DNA from: Vermamoeba vermiformis
Lineage: Eukaryota
NCBI GenBank assembly: GCA_045837725.1
Contig: JBEWZL010000101.1
Span: forward strand, 1 to 64,000
DNA length: 64,000 bases
Direction of reading: 5' to 3'
In this document: positions 49,542 through 63,600 of the stretch, one piece after another
Numbering within the stretch: position 1 is the first letter of the stretch
Layout: each line of letters starts with the position of its first letter
Made by a program: the position numbers and the translations under genes
The notes under the pieces: generated by a model
The model's input: only the letters and a program-made list of their open reading frames with translations
The model's database searches: none
What the model was told of the DNA's origin: nothing

Positions 49542-51299
49542 TTATGCCCTTGATTTCTTAGGACGATAATGGCTCTCGCTTTCTGACCGTCGTACGCAGC
49601 ATAAGATCGGCATCATTAAAACACCAATGAAAATGACGCCTAGTGGGGCAAAGACCGAATAGAACGGATACGGGTTTGATATTGCAACTATGCACGTCTC
49701 CGTTGGTATCGCATCGCCATTAGGATTCCAATAACTTCGAACCAAATCTGCTGCGTCACGTGCTTTGACGCATCGTTGCATAGATAAGGTCTCGTAATGT
49801 TCAAATAGGCCCAATATTTCTCTGCTAATCAAATTGTCGCCGAAATCCACGCCAGGAGCTGTACGGCCGCACGAAGACTAAAAGATTTTACGTAAGTACG
49901 AGTACCACTTTGTGATTCAAAATCTCTGTTGTAACAACAGGAAATATTAAGTAAGTACCTGCAAAAAAGGGTTGCTGTCGGGACAAGTTGCTGAAGAGTC
50001 ACCATACTTCATATTCTCGCCACTACCAGTATAATAAGTGTCCGCAAAGTCGTGGATCGCACTACCATAAATCGTCCTATTTCCGTCCTACGAAGCGCCA
50101 AAATTAGTGTAAGTCTTTGAATATACTTTTAAATATTATACGTAATTTCTCCAGCATTAAGATTAGTTGAAATTATTTCTAAGACCTCAATCTCGGTAAA
50201 ATTCAACAAAATTGCTGGATATGGAAAAAGATATTATCTGAATTAGAATTCCACGAGATGGTTCATATTTGCGCATACGACAAATTCGATCGTTTATAAA
50301 TGTTGTTCTTACCGAAACGCGCATCGTAATGAAATTGTAAAGTGATTCGATCTGTAGCGCTTGCTGTGTCATATTCTCGGCATTTGCATAGACGTCATAA
50401 CTGTCCGCACCATACCATATATATAGCTGCTTTTGCACGTCTATTACAAATTCCGTTAGTGGCTGACAGCACAAGCGGAAAATGATCGTTTTCTCAAAAT
50501 GGATCGGTATTTCAGTTTGTGATTAAAATTGGTTGAATCTAATATGAAGATACGTACCAGTCGTGCCCATTACATTAACCCAACTTTGAATTTCTTCGGG
50601 CGAATACAATAATACGACCCAAGCGGTGAATTCTGCCGAGTTCCATTGCGTAAGCTGAGCTTTGATGTCTTTCTCTTCTATGCCTACATTTTGCACCCAA
50701 GGCACCATTAAAGCGACGTCATAACTGAGCGTCTTCAACCAGAAGCTGACTTTTGTTACAAAAGAGAAAAAATATTCCGCAGTTTCGCCATCCAATTCAT
50801 ACTTGATGTAGACTCCTTTGAATAATGCCTCTGCGCCAGGTGTATTTTGTAACTCGTAGGCGAGTGAGTATAATCCGGTCTGAAAATCCTTTTCGCCACC
50901 TCGCTTCTCGATCTGGTAAATGGATGTTTCTAGTGACACAATAAAGGATAGATTATACTTGACTAATATGTCCAAAAATGCTGTGTGCGTGATATCCGCA
51001 GCGGTACTCCACGGGCAAAATAAGAAAACGGACTCTGCTCCCATTTGTTTGATGAGTGCCATGTCTCGTTCCAACTCATCTTGATAGATGTCCAAAAAAC
51101 AATCATCACTGTTTGTCAATCCAATCCTTGGCAATGAATAGACTACTGAATGATGTTTTTCTGCGACGTCTGAAGTTACTGATGAACTTGTTGAACTTGA
51201 AGGGCTGGATACGGGAGTCGGTGCAGCAATCACGGTCTGAAAAATTACCAAAAATAAATAAATAAGCGACCATGATTTGCTGAGTGAATGATTGCTCAT
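49542..51299 (-). CDS. Single-pass membrane protein with a clan GH-A TIM-barrel-like ectodomain, possibly inactive
   Basis: Signal peptide and S-rich linker; ELERDMALIKQMGAESVFLF resembles the RDxxLIKxMGANxIR motif; WYGADSYD, AIHDFAD, HYETL; C-terminal TM VFAPLGVIFIGVLMMPILCCV followed by RR. Confidence 0.55.
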
Positions 51300-51890
51300 T
51301 TGATCTATAGTAATCAAATAACGTTAGTCCGATCTCGATCCTGCTTTCGTAACAACTTACTAATCTTGAATGAGCGAAATAGCCCTTCGTGTCGCTTAAA
51401 TGAGTATGTTGAGCAAAAAGAAGCCAAAAAAACAGTAGTTCATACTGAAACAATCGACGTTTTAATAGTTCTGTGAAAGTTTGTGGGTTTATTTGGAGAT
51501 TTCGTCAATTTTGAATATTTGCTGCGGTTCGTTTTAGGTGACAATAAGTGAAATACGTCGCTTTACCTGAGTTTTCGGTAGACATAAATTCCCGAATGGC
51601 ATGGAGATTGAAAAAAAGGTTATTGGATCCGTTCAGATCGCGTACCAGTATGATTTCCTTTTATAGAAAAAATGACACCTCGCATTGACCCGAGCCTACT
51701 CTCTTTTATTTAATTTCAGCATTTGCAAACGGATAACTACTCCTCGGCGAGTAATAATTATCAATAAAATCAGGAGAAATTAATTTGAAATTTGTTAAAT
51801 TTTGGTTCATTTAATAATAGCTTAATGTACAAGTTTGTTTCGCTTTCTATTTTACAAAAATATAATTCGATTTTTCGAGTATTTAGCATT

Positions 51891-53902
51891 CTACCTATTC
51901 GTATCGTCGGACAAGTATTCGCTACCGATCGAAGATCCAGCTGGTCTACCGCTAGAGTTCGTTCCAGTTGCAGGCGTATTCTCGGAGGGATAATAAAACA
52001 AGTAAATCTCCAAGTACATCACTGTTGCTCGTACGAGACCGAGAACGGGTATTACAAAATAGGTCCAGATCTCGGGCATGCCAGTGAACATGATGCTCAT
52101 CAATGCAAATATGAATTGAGCTATCAAAAACGGTATGATGATAATAACCTTCTTAGTGAACTAAATATAAACAATAGATTAGAACAAGGTTAAGCATCTC
52201 AAGCGAATCTAGATCTGTACCCAACATACCACCTCTATCGCATTCATTCGAGGCATTTGTCCTTCAATACCCTTCAATGCTTTCTTCCATCGAACGGCCA
52301 TGACGATCAACAAGATTGGCAGAACCTAAGTACGTGAAATGAATTAACTTCCATATTTGGTAAAGATGTTTTTAACGCATTAACGTACCAGCCACGTCAA
52401 GCCCGTAATCATCTGCAATATAAGAATGCCCAAGAAGATATCGTAAGAGACATACAAGGCAACTGAAGCAATTAGAATTACCCCGCCGAGTACCTAAATT
52501 GAATCATTGGTAAGTATCGCGACGAAAGCTACAAGTCTACGCTAAATATAGCTTTACTCTGCACTTACTGATGAGATAATAATCAGTGGCTTGACGCGGA
52601 TAAATTGTACAGTCGTTGCAGACTTAACATTGTCTAAGACGGTACGCCTGAAAGTACGGATGTTAGCGTTGCTGTATTCGAAAAACTATTCGCGGAATAA
52701 AGCAATTTACCATGCGAAGAAGATGAGCACCGTGGACATGAACAAGCTCATTTGCGCAATAGCAGCCCAAATAGGTCCATGCAAGTACGCATTGACCGAC
52801 ATCGGATATCGGACATTTATCAGCAACGAGAACGCCACTCCGAATGAGTAACCTGATTAAATACGAGTGATTAGTACCGGAGGAATATTATAGAAGCACA
52901 TTTAAGCTCTTACTAATCGAAGCGACAATAACTAACGAAATAGCTATAATAGGTACTCGTTTGTCCTTGTTTCGCGAGCTCGTCAAGCTACGATGCAAAA
53001 CAAAAGCCCCAAAGATGACTGGACCGAACTTGATGCACAAAAGTATCGAGTAAATAGCTCCTGTCGCGTCTGCTAGGAACAACTCCTCCCAAACTCCGAC
53101 TTCTAAATATAGGAATTAGATCCGATAATTCGAGCCACGAACGTAAAGCGGTTAAATAGTAATGCATAGTCCTGGTACGTACCTGACGATAAAACAAAAG
53201 TAAGGTCGGTCAAGTTCTCGATCTTGTTGACCTCATCCATGTCCTAAAGCCACGTTAATTAGAAATCCGGAAAAATAAGAAAAGTAGAATATAAAGGCTT
53301 CGTTACGTACAAAAGTACTGATGAAAGCAATAGGAAAAGGTGCCGCGTACTGAGAACCATCCACTGAAAAAACGTTGAAGCCGGCAATCAATTGCTGCTC
53401 GACTACTAATAAAGCAAGCTATATAATAAAGTGATTAATATCATAATTGTCCTGTTTACATATTTACGAGTTTGCGACCAGTACGAAATTTTGGATAAAA
53501 AAGGCTCGGGCTGTATCTTAAAATAGAAACACAATATCAAGTTACTTACCAGCTCTCCATCAGTATCACGGGCCATATTTTGAGCTTTTACTTCTACTGT
53601 ACATCCACCCAAGGGCACCACGATAATTTTGTTCAGCATCTGCTCGCGTTCTTTGGGAGAAGGCAGACAACCGTCGGTCTCAGAAAAGTATAATCTTCCA
53701 GCAATTTCGTAATTTCCTAAGCGAAATTGAATGGAATAAGCCTCCGATACGGGGATAATTTTTCCACCGCAGAATTAAAATTTAATTCCTTGATCTCGTG
53801 TACGAACTTACGAATTCCGACTCGGCCCGTTGGTGTAGGGTACGAAATATTTGTAAGAGATCCATTGCTATCTAGAGCGACCAAAGATGAGGAGGCCGAC
53901 AT
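51891..53902 (-). CDS. Multi-pass (about 7TM) protein with an N-terminal PA (protease-associated)-like domain
   Basis: DGCLP...NKIIVVPLGGCTVEVKAQN matches the PA pattern kIvlvxRGxCxFxxKaxNA. Subsequent exons encode about seven hydrophobic segments and an S/T-rich tail. Confidence 0.6.
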
Positions 53903-54453
53903 GAACTAAAAATTAAATTAGATTCGGATTGATTTTGAAACTTTTACTCCTTCGTGCTTGTACTTACGAACAAGAAAATAATGCATGATATCCTTAGGAT
54001 AATATTGTTATGCATTTTAAATGCGGCTCTGGGTCAGTCCGATATCGGGTTGTTCTTGATCGAACTAGTTGGAAGATCCGACCTGAATTTAATTTCTTTG
54101 ACGAGTTGTGCTCTTGTCTATATCCTTTCAATAATAATACGTAAAAGCCGCTCGCGAAATCGTAAAAAAACAGTCACATTCCAAACTAGTCAATTTGCCA
54201 AAAAAGGCAAGATAATCGTGTGATAGCAGCCAGTTAAGTAACTCTGAATTATGCCGTACCCGAAAACTTTGTCACATGTCTACCGTTTAATACCCGATTC
54301 TGATTTAGGCTACCGTTTTACTGGTGCTAAAAAATTATGTACAAATAAATTAATAGTTAATCTCCCGCAGAGCTCAACTTATGCCAATATTAGACATCGA
54401 ACATTTCGAGTGTCACATATTCGCTCGTCGACGGCCTTATTCCACTCACGCTC

Positions 54454-57400
54454 TTATTTCTTCTTTGCCTTGGATTTTTTCTCCTTCGCCTCTTTTTTCG
54501 CGGATTTGCTTTCTTTTTTCGACTTGTCTTTGGATTTCTTCAAGCTACTTCGCTTACTTGAGCCATCTGTTTCGACCTTAACTTCGACTTCAGCACTAGG
54601 TTTGTCTTCAGCGACGTCCTTGGACTTCTTTTTCTTTTTGCTCTTGAACAGCGAGGCAAACTTGTGGCCCGTCTTGTTGGCAATATTTTGTGCCTTGTTG
54701 CCGCTTTTCTTCTTGCTTGATTTATCCTTGGGAGACTCCTTCTCATCCTTCTTTCCTTCAGCTTCCAGTTTTTCGACTGAGGATCCTCGGAACGAGACAC
54801 TGAGACCCTTTTTGAGGCCCTTCTGTTGCGGATCTCGCATCGCTGATTTCAATTCGGGGTCGTTTTTGCTTTCGGTAAGATCATTGGACTCTTTCTCAGC
54901 GTCGGGGACCTTGCGTGACTTGTTCGATCCGCGCGAGCTCTTCAAGTTTTCTTTAGAGCCCTTCAAATTATCCTTCGAGCCCTTCAAGCTATCCTTCGAG
55001 CCCTTTCGAGATGACGGCTTATTTTCTTTCTTTGGCGCAATAACTTCGGATGTTGAAACGTCGTCTGGATTGTACTTCTCAATGGGCAGTTCTTGGCCGT
55101 CATCTGCTACTCGCTTCATGAAATCATCGCGCACTCTAATCTTGAGCTTCTTAGATGTCTTAGCACGCTCTTGGCGCTCTCGTCTTTGTTTTTCTTGGAG
55201 CTCGCGGTTGGCATAGAAGGACTGAAAAAATATGGGTCAGATCGAGGATCTTTCGAGAACGGGTGAATTAATTAATAAAAGGCGTTGTTATTCTTTCGAT
55301 CCTCTTATGGATATATTTTTAAATTAAAATTTCGATTAGCTTTGTCGGTTGAGATATTTCAGCAAAGTTTTAATCCAAACGCTTCCGAGATATTTCGGAT
55401 GATAAATCTTACCTTAAACGCTTGACCAAAGTTGTAAATGATCGCAAACACGCGTTCTCGGGCCGCAGGGTCTTCGCCGATCCACTTACAAACTTCAGCT
55501 TGCTCTTCCATAACTTTACCAAGGCGCTCGATCAGCGACTCGATAGGCTTTTGATTTTGGGCCAAGAAGGTCTATTAGAGCATTGAGTTAGTAAGATCTA
55601 ATAAATAAGTGAAACCTATACTCGAGCACTAGCCAGGAAATTTTACTACGGAACAGATCCGATACGTACCTTGATGAACGGAACCATGGTGCTGGTAGGG
55701 TGATTTTCGAGGTATTCGCGCATAGTATTAAGACTGATGCTCCATTGGTTGACTTCTAATGAAAGTTCTTGCAGGGCAACTACAGATATTGTCGGTTAGA
55801 TCCACGTTAACTTTAACATGTACTGGATCCCGTCCACTACGAGTCGAGCATTGCTATTAGAACTTACCATCTTTAGCTTCTTTAAGGCACTCGAGCTCTT
55901 CGTAGAAATGCTTCAAGCTCGTTTTTTCAAGGTACTCCGCAATCCAATCAAACAACGAAACATCACCGGGTTTCACGGTTTGTAACTGCAAAATTTCAGT
56001 TAGTTAATAACGTGCAACATTAAACACAACACGCAGTTGCAATAATACGCACCTTAGTAATAGAGGCCAGCTTGAAACCCTTCATGGGTCGGTGATCTAA
56101 GATCGCAACTAGCTGCATGATCGTCTGTAAATTGATTCGTTAGTTTTATATTACAATGTATTTCGCATGTAATTTAGGTATTTTTAATATAAAAATGCCT
56201 CACAAAAGGTAAGATCTAATTAAAATCCTCGAGGATACTTACAGCCAAAACTTTCTTAAATTGATTGCTATGACGCACAACGCCGACAGCTTTCTCGACA
56301 AAGTTGAATGACTTGTCGATATCAGGCTTTCTTTCCTCGTAGATAAAGATAAATCGTCGCAAAACGAATCTCTCTTCGAGATCAGGGATTTTAGCGAGCT
56401 ATTCAAGGAGACCATTAGCACTGAATCTGGTTAACTATAACATGTTATTATTTACCTTCAAGAAAGCGCGATCCACAGCGCCGAGCTTGGTAAGTTCACC
56501 ACCTTCAGCGAGGTAATCGTTAATAACTTTGATCTGCAGTCAGAGATTAGTTATTGGAGAACGAATATAAGTACGTTAGTAACATACATCCGTTTGAGTA
56601 GGGAAGCACGTGTAGCCGTTATCAGCATTGCTGTATGATAACATCGTGTCTACCAAATCTCGGTTCTCGAAGATGACCGGGTCGAAATTGGCAATCTTTT
56701 GCACCAAAGCATCAATAGTGAAGGATTTGATCTCGCCACGCTTCAAAATAATCACTATAAAACGAACAAAGTGAGTTTGAATCCGGTAGAAATCTCGAGG
56801 ACCGCATGCGAATCCAAAACTTTTTCGTAAAGAAAGCTGGTTAAGCTTGATAGTATTAGGACTACTTACAGAAGTTTCTAGAACGATTTGGTTTCAAGAA
56901 TGACACGATATCGTCTAGCGGCAGCGCTGATTTTTTCTTATCGTCACCCGCTTTCTTCGCGCGCTTGGTGAATGCCTCGATAAAAGCTTGTTTGTCTAAC
57001 AAGCCTAGCTCACCAGCTAAGCTAGCGATTTCCGCCCATAAAGTGGAGTCTTCGACCTGGAATCACAAGACGTTAGAAGTTCATCTGGCTGAGCGGAAAA
57101 AAAAATGTGTGAACGGATGCCGATCCTTAAAAGTTCGAATTGTATTCGCGCAATGTATAGTAAGCATCAGAACAAAATGTTCGCTCGCCCGATAAGGTAA
57201 ATAAATTGAAAAGAGCTTTGCACGAAATTTTTCCGCGATGTCTTAATTAATTAATTGGTGCCAGGCACTTACCTTTTGCAAACGATCCCAATGGACGTGA
57301 ATAATCGAGTCGTCCTTGAACTCTGGTGGTGGTGGGGGTGGGGGAGGTGGGGGAGGTGCTGGTCCACCTGGTCCGCCGAAATCTGCTGCACCGTCTCGCG

Positions 57401-58977
57401 GTGTCTCGGGATCTTGCACGTTGCCATTCTCGTCCTGTAAGCATCTCTCGTTAGTACTCTATCGCACTTCATGTACTCGTCCATGCTGTACGTACCAATA
57501 GGCCTTCAATAGTGGCACCAGCATCGATCAAATATTGCTTCAAGACGCGCAAAGCTTCTTCTTCGGCCTTTTTATCGAATCCGTTAATCAGAGCACCACA
57601 ACGAAGGTTATTATATGATTGCACGTACCTTTCTCAATTGGCGGAGATAGTTCTCGTTGTTAGTAGGCGAGGGAATGAGTTTGGCAGCTTCAGCGCGCTT
57701 TCTCTGTTAGGACGTCCTTTAAGTAAAAGCCAGATGTAGGTGTAATCTTATTATATACGTACCCATTCGATATAGAAATAACTGAAAATCAAAGCTCGTT
57801 GTTTCTTTGAGCTGCAATAGCGGATTAGTCAATCTGAAAGTTACCGTTACAAAAATTCAAAAATCCTTACCGAGCAAAGAATAATGCGCATCTATCAGAT
57901 TTTCGTTTATCACCAGGCGTAAAAAAGAATCCTACATCACTGCCTTTTTTGAGATACAGCTGGAATTTTAAAAAATTAAAACTAATCCAAATCTACTTAG
58001 GTTTGCTTGTTACGTACCATAATTGGCACAGGCAATGTCTTCGCGTTGAAAATATCGAAGTAACCGCCATGGCTGTTAACTGTAAGTCGATCTGGCTTAA
58101 ACTCGAGAACTACAGGGTTATTCTGTTTGTACACGGGATGGAACCATTTGACCTATCACGATGATCAGTTAGCCCATTTTGCGTGCTTGCTTGGTCGTGT
58201 GATCAACTTGAAACTAAGAACTAGTTACTGGCAAGATTTGCAGCTTGACTGCGCAGATTTCAAACACGCGATCAAGAATTCGCTTGCGAAGCGTACCTGA
58301 AATTTGACGGGAATAGCTCTCTTTCTTTGCATCTTGGCATCTTTCATAGTGGAAGGTTCTTTGATCGAGGGAGCTGTAAGAGCTTCAGCAGATGAATTTG
58401 AGCCGCTATCCGGGATCTTGATCGGCGGAACTCGGTTTGAATTAGTACTTGCTGAAATACTATCAGTGCTCGTACTAGTAGCACCGGTTCCTTTTTTCTT
58501 CTCCATCATTTTTCTCAATGATTTGAAATCCATTCCGCTATCCTCGATCAACCTTTCTTTGATTGGTGCTGTTTGAGCGGATGTGCTTAGTGTCGTCGAG
58601 TCAGGTAAGTGAATATCATTGCTTTCTGCATTATTAATATTTTCTTTAGGCGCTACTGGCACTTCTTTAGTTGAAGTCGAATCTGACTCTTCTTTGCTAT
58701 CCGCAGCAGCTAGCCCTTTAGAATTTTCAGACTTTTCTACGGTCTCAGTAGCGGACTTATGATCGTCCGCACTTTTATCAGCCTCTGATGTTGCTGCTGT
58801 AACTACTATGACTGGTGTTTCTACTTCGCGCTTGGCATCTGAATCCGCTGCTGATTTAGCTGAAGTATCACCGGCAGCTTCTACTGCTTCTTCTACGACG
58901 GGTTCTGGGCGCTCATTGAGTTTGGCCGATCCCTCACTATGAGAGACTTCAGCACTCGCTTCCACGGAATCCGACAT
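54454..58977 (-). CDS. Formin (FH1-FH2) with a long acidic N-terminus and a Lys-rich C-terminal tail
   Basis: Poly-Pro FH1 near 57321-57375; FH2 start IHVHWDRLQK/VEDSTLWAE; LNQNRSRNF/IILKRG, MKGFKLASITK, DVSLFDWIAEYL, KWIGEDPAARERVFAIIYNF. Confidence 0.9.
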
Positions 58978-59459
58978 GTTGCTTGATCTGGTTTAAATTT
59001 GACAATACTAATTTTCTTTCAGCTGCGCATAATTTTACTTAGGTTTCTGTTACACACGTCGATATTGCAAAGAAATCTATTCTAGCTGTTTTTTGACTGC
59101 GCGTGTCAGTTTCTCGATCAAATTTTTGAGAGATTTCACTCAATTTGCTATTTTCGGTGAAAAATCGTCTGACTGCTTCAAGAACCATTTCTATTACTTG
59201 AATGCAGACATAAATATTGACGTATATTTTGTGTAAAAAGATATGCGTTAACGTTGTGCTCCAGCGCAGATCCAGCTAGGAGTTTATGGCTTTGTGGATC
59301 CTGCCCAGATCTGCAATCGTTAATGCTTCCTCTTATAAATTGATCGCATTTTATAGTCATTTTAGTGTCAATAAGACTCGGCTTTTGTTTCGCTTGAGTA
59401 AATTTAATTAACCGGATGCGTTTTGATTTTATTTGTGTAACATTATACGAGCACAACAC

Positions 59460-60565
59460 ATGTCAACTAATCTATATCAACACGTCCAAAAGTATAGACA
59501 GTCATTTGATAAGATTGCTAATTACTTGGAGACGTGGACTGCGATCCGGATCGAATCTGAGTCGTATTTCTCGAGTAAGTCCACCACTAAATTTGTAAAT
59601 TAAATTAGTTCTACCAAAAATCTTTGTAGTCAATGTGGAACCACATATTCATTTCGGTACAATTATTTGCGGCTTTGCAATTTATTTCGAAAATGATGGG
59701 ATCTAGATCTTGTTTTCAACCGAATCTTTCAAAGCTTTACCATTTTTCTTTGCAATATTTAATATTTAAACGCAGCTTTGCATAATGTATTAACGCGCAC
59801 GAGACTGTTAGCGGATCAAAACCAATCTATTGGAGTGCTCGATCAGTTTGCTTCAATGCGTGAGCTCTTAGCTCAAAAACATGTTGAAACACTGGAGACT
59901 GTAATGAAGGCGCTGAGATCTTGCACGTAAGTATTGTCGATCATATAAGAACAGTAATTGGCTGCCGAACCAAGACACAGTTTAGACTCGATCCCGCGAT
60001 CCAATTCCCCGTCCTGAGATTGCAAATATTATTCAACATTATATATTTTAGTTGCACTTGTAGGATATGCGAGTTATGTTAATTAATGTACTTATACGCA
60101 GCAACTCTTTCACGCGGATCAGCAAGCAATTAGACGAGCTGGCAGTAGAAGATCTCAAGTACTACCAAGGCCTAGTGAACTCATTCGACCTCGAGGAATT
60201 AACTGCACGCACAGCTACGCACCCTTCAGTCGCTGAATATGTTGAGTGGAGTCAATTCATCGCTGATTCTTATCGCAAGGAGTGAGTTTGGATGTGGTTT
60301 CGATGCTACTTTTATAGGCTTACTAATACCATTTAGACTAAATATCAAGGCATCTATCGTGGAAGAGATCGACTACAATGATTTGAACAATATCACTGAC
60401 TTGCAAGAGATGTGGGCCAAAGATATTTGTGTCGACAAAGCCAAGAGTAAGACGACATCTTTATTGCACCAGATTCATGAACGAGAACTCACCGTTTTTT
60501 TAGTGAAAGAATTCTTGCAATTGGCCCAAGGTTTCATTGAGGAGCATAGCGTTGTCTTGCTATAA
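59460..60565 (+). CDS. C1orf109/AIRIM-like protein (AFG2-interacting ribosome maturation factor family)
   Basis: Spliced MSTNLYQHVQKYRQSF...LDQFASMRELLAQKH...RTATHPSVAEYVEWSQFIADSYRKE/LNIKASIVEEIDYNDLNNITDLQEMW resembles the recalled C1orf109 motif PSVADMLEW...YRK...DLANIQAL..W. Confidence 0.6.
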
Positions 60566-60693
60566 TACCCGAAGGACACGGAAGTTCTGACCCCGGATCC
60601 ACTTCCGATCTCTTCAAGACAAATATTCATCTCATTTGCAGCGAAGTGAATGTATTGCACTAGTATTGGGCAAAGCCACAGTAGCGACTTTAT

Positions 60694-63600
60694 TCACTCA
60701 TAATACGGGTTAACGTCGTCGTCGTTTTCTCTTCTGAGAGGATGATCCGGCGTAACTTCGTCTTTGTATTGCAGCGCTTTGATCCAATCGAGATACAACG
60801 ATTGATAGTACTCGTGCAAATGAGGCACGTAATCCACTGGTGTTTCACCTCGCTTGTTTTTGATCGATGGATCGCACCCAGCTGTCAATAAAATCCGCGA
60901 GTTAGAAACAATGACAATGCACGTTCATAACGGTGACACAAGTTCATAATATTGACACTCAGATGACACTTTTGACACTTTTGAGACGCATGTGTGAAAA
61001 ATATCATTGGCACGTGTCATCATTGTCAACTCCGTTTGGCATTGCTATTGCGACACTCACCTTCCAAGAGCTTGAACACAGTGACAAAGAACCTCTCCGA
61101 GTAGCGCGTGTTGTTGATCTTGCCGAGAATGGACTCCACGAGACCGAGATGAAAGTACTTGCATGCAATGTGCAGTGCTGTGTTGCCGTTGTTGTCTTGA
61201 ACATTCAAGTGTGCCTTGTACCATAACAGTATTCTTAAGAACTCAAAATCATCGGTCTGTAATTAAATTAGTAAGGCATAAACAATGGCTTCTCAGCGTA
61301 AATTCCTAAACTTACATTATCTTCCAAGATCTGCGAGTGGAAGTTTAAGTTAGCTATATGGTTCACATGGAAATAGATATATACTTACGCGTTGCAAAAT
61401 AATCATTAAGAAAGTCTGACCAAGCCAATTTTGTTGAGTTAAAAGTGCGGGATCTTTTTTTACCATGGCGAGTAGTGAATCAGTGGATAACTTATTATTT
61501 TCCACTAAGTACTCTAAAACACCTTGTGCTGGTGTTTGTAGCGGTACGTGCAACCAAGCGCCTGAAAACCAGATTCAGTACTGAATTCAGATCGAAGATC
61601 GTGCGCGTAACCTACTTGGCATTCCAAATTTGAGAAACATCGGAATATTCGCGTCTTTCATAATGTAATATAATGGGGGAGAACCTCGCACACTAGGTTC
61701 ATTAATGTCGAGACCGTATTCTTTGATCAGTTTTAGGATCAACTCAAATCTCCTTCTACACGAAAAGTTAACTAATATGCTATGCGTTGCATTGAAATCA
61801 TATCTTACGTATGGCTAGGCATCGGGAAGGTATTACAACAAATTCTATTAAAAAGGTTTAGTGGAACGTAACGAGCAGATGCCAGTACACAGACAAGAAA
61901 AAATTGGAATATGGAGGACAGCATCGCTTAAAATACTTACAGACCAAAAGGAGTGTCATTATCATCATTCTTTATGGTCCATTGCGTATTTAGCTGAGGG
62001 AATTGGGCCAACAGTGGATCAACTACATAATCGTACGGACCAATATGCTCTTGTGCGATCTGCAGCATGGTTAATATTAAATAATGTACGGATAAATAGC
62101 TTTACCAAATGCAGGTAAGTATTGCCAAAAGAATCTAGCAGATTCAAATCCGACAAAGCCAATAGTTTTGTAATAGTCTCCAAAGGGTTCCGAAGCACGG
62201 AGCTACATAAAAATTATAAGGGCATCTTATATATGGCAATTACTTACTCGAAGTCTACTTCTTTTAGCGTTTCTTGAGAACGAGTCTCGAAATTGATCCA
62301 AGGAGGTTCAATTAGCGGTGCGAGGGGTAAGTCTCTAAACATGCAATATTATTAGGAACCGATTAATTAAATTGTCTTGCTCTTACGCAGTAAAATCTTT
62401 TGCGGTCGGCGTTGAAAAAAATAAGGTGCCAAAAGTGAGCAGATTCGCCATGAATTTAGATTCGCTAGAGTCAACTTTTGGTTTATGATAAACCATTCTA
62501 GATATACGAGTCGTTATATGAAAATATAACATGGCCGCTACGAAGAAAGAAAGAGTCAGTTTAGATCAAAGGTTTTGGGATCATTACGTACGGGTTAGTT
62601 TTAGCGCATATGTTTGCAAATTTGGATTAGCCCCATGATCGAGCAAATATTCTATTGTTGCATTGCACCCTCGGAGTACTGCGTAGTGTAGTGGCGTGAA
62701 GCCTTCCGCATCCCTAGCAAAAATAGTTGCAATGATTAAAGTGACGCTAGTTTGTGCTATTTAATAAATACTTACCGAGCATTAACGTCAATATGGTCTA
62801 TTATTTTAGCCAGGAGATTTGGGTCTTCAAATCCGGCGAGCAAATGGACACAATTTCTTTTCCAGATCTGGAGATGTTGAGTAACCGAGTTTCCGTATTG
62901 AATAAAGAATATTAAAACTTACGTTATCGCATGCCTTAGAATCTATTTGATTGCCTACAAGGGTAATGAAATTTCGAATGAATGTTAGATTCGACGGCCT
63001 GGTCCATTCCACGTGGAGAAATCCATAAATGGAGGCCAGGAACGGAGTTATTCCGCGATTGTCACGTGCGTTGAGATTTGCGCCGCAGGTCAGTAACTTT
63101 TTCGCAAGCCGCAAATCGAGCGCATAACAAGCTGCGTGGAGTGGCGTCCAGCCATGTTTGTCCTGTTCATGAACCGTTAGTTAAATCGACCAATCAGATT
63201 CAATCTACTTACTGCAATATTAACGTCAGCGTGTCTGTGGAGAAGTACGTTGATCCGTTTTAGCTTGGTGTCTGATGGCAGCAAAGACTTGCAAACTAAC
63301 AACAACGCAGTCTCTCCCTCGCGCGTTGTCGCATTAATGTTACAACTGAAATCGCTTATTCGTGCGTTCAATTCTTTATCAATGGTATTTTCTTCTTCTT
63401 CTTCTTTCATTGTCACATCGTCATTTTGGTCCTTGTCTTCTCCGAGTGTACGTGGGGCAGATTCGTCAAGCAAAATAGTCCAGCGCTGGAAATTCTCGGA
63501 TTTTAACTGTTTTGTAATATAATTACGATATTTAGTTAGCAACACCAAGTAGTGCAGAGTGTTGTAGCCCTCATTGTTTAGCGCATCTGCATAATGTTGC

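Noticed and set aside
54251-55216. 321-aa Phe/Leu/Ser-rich plus-strand ORF
   Set aside because: Antisense shadow of the Lys/Glu-rich formin tail.
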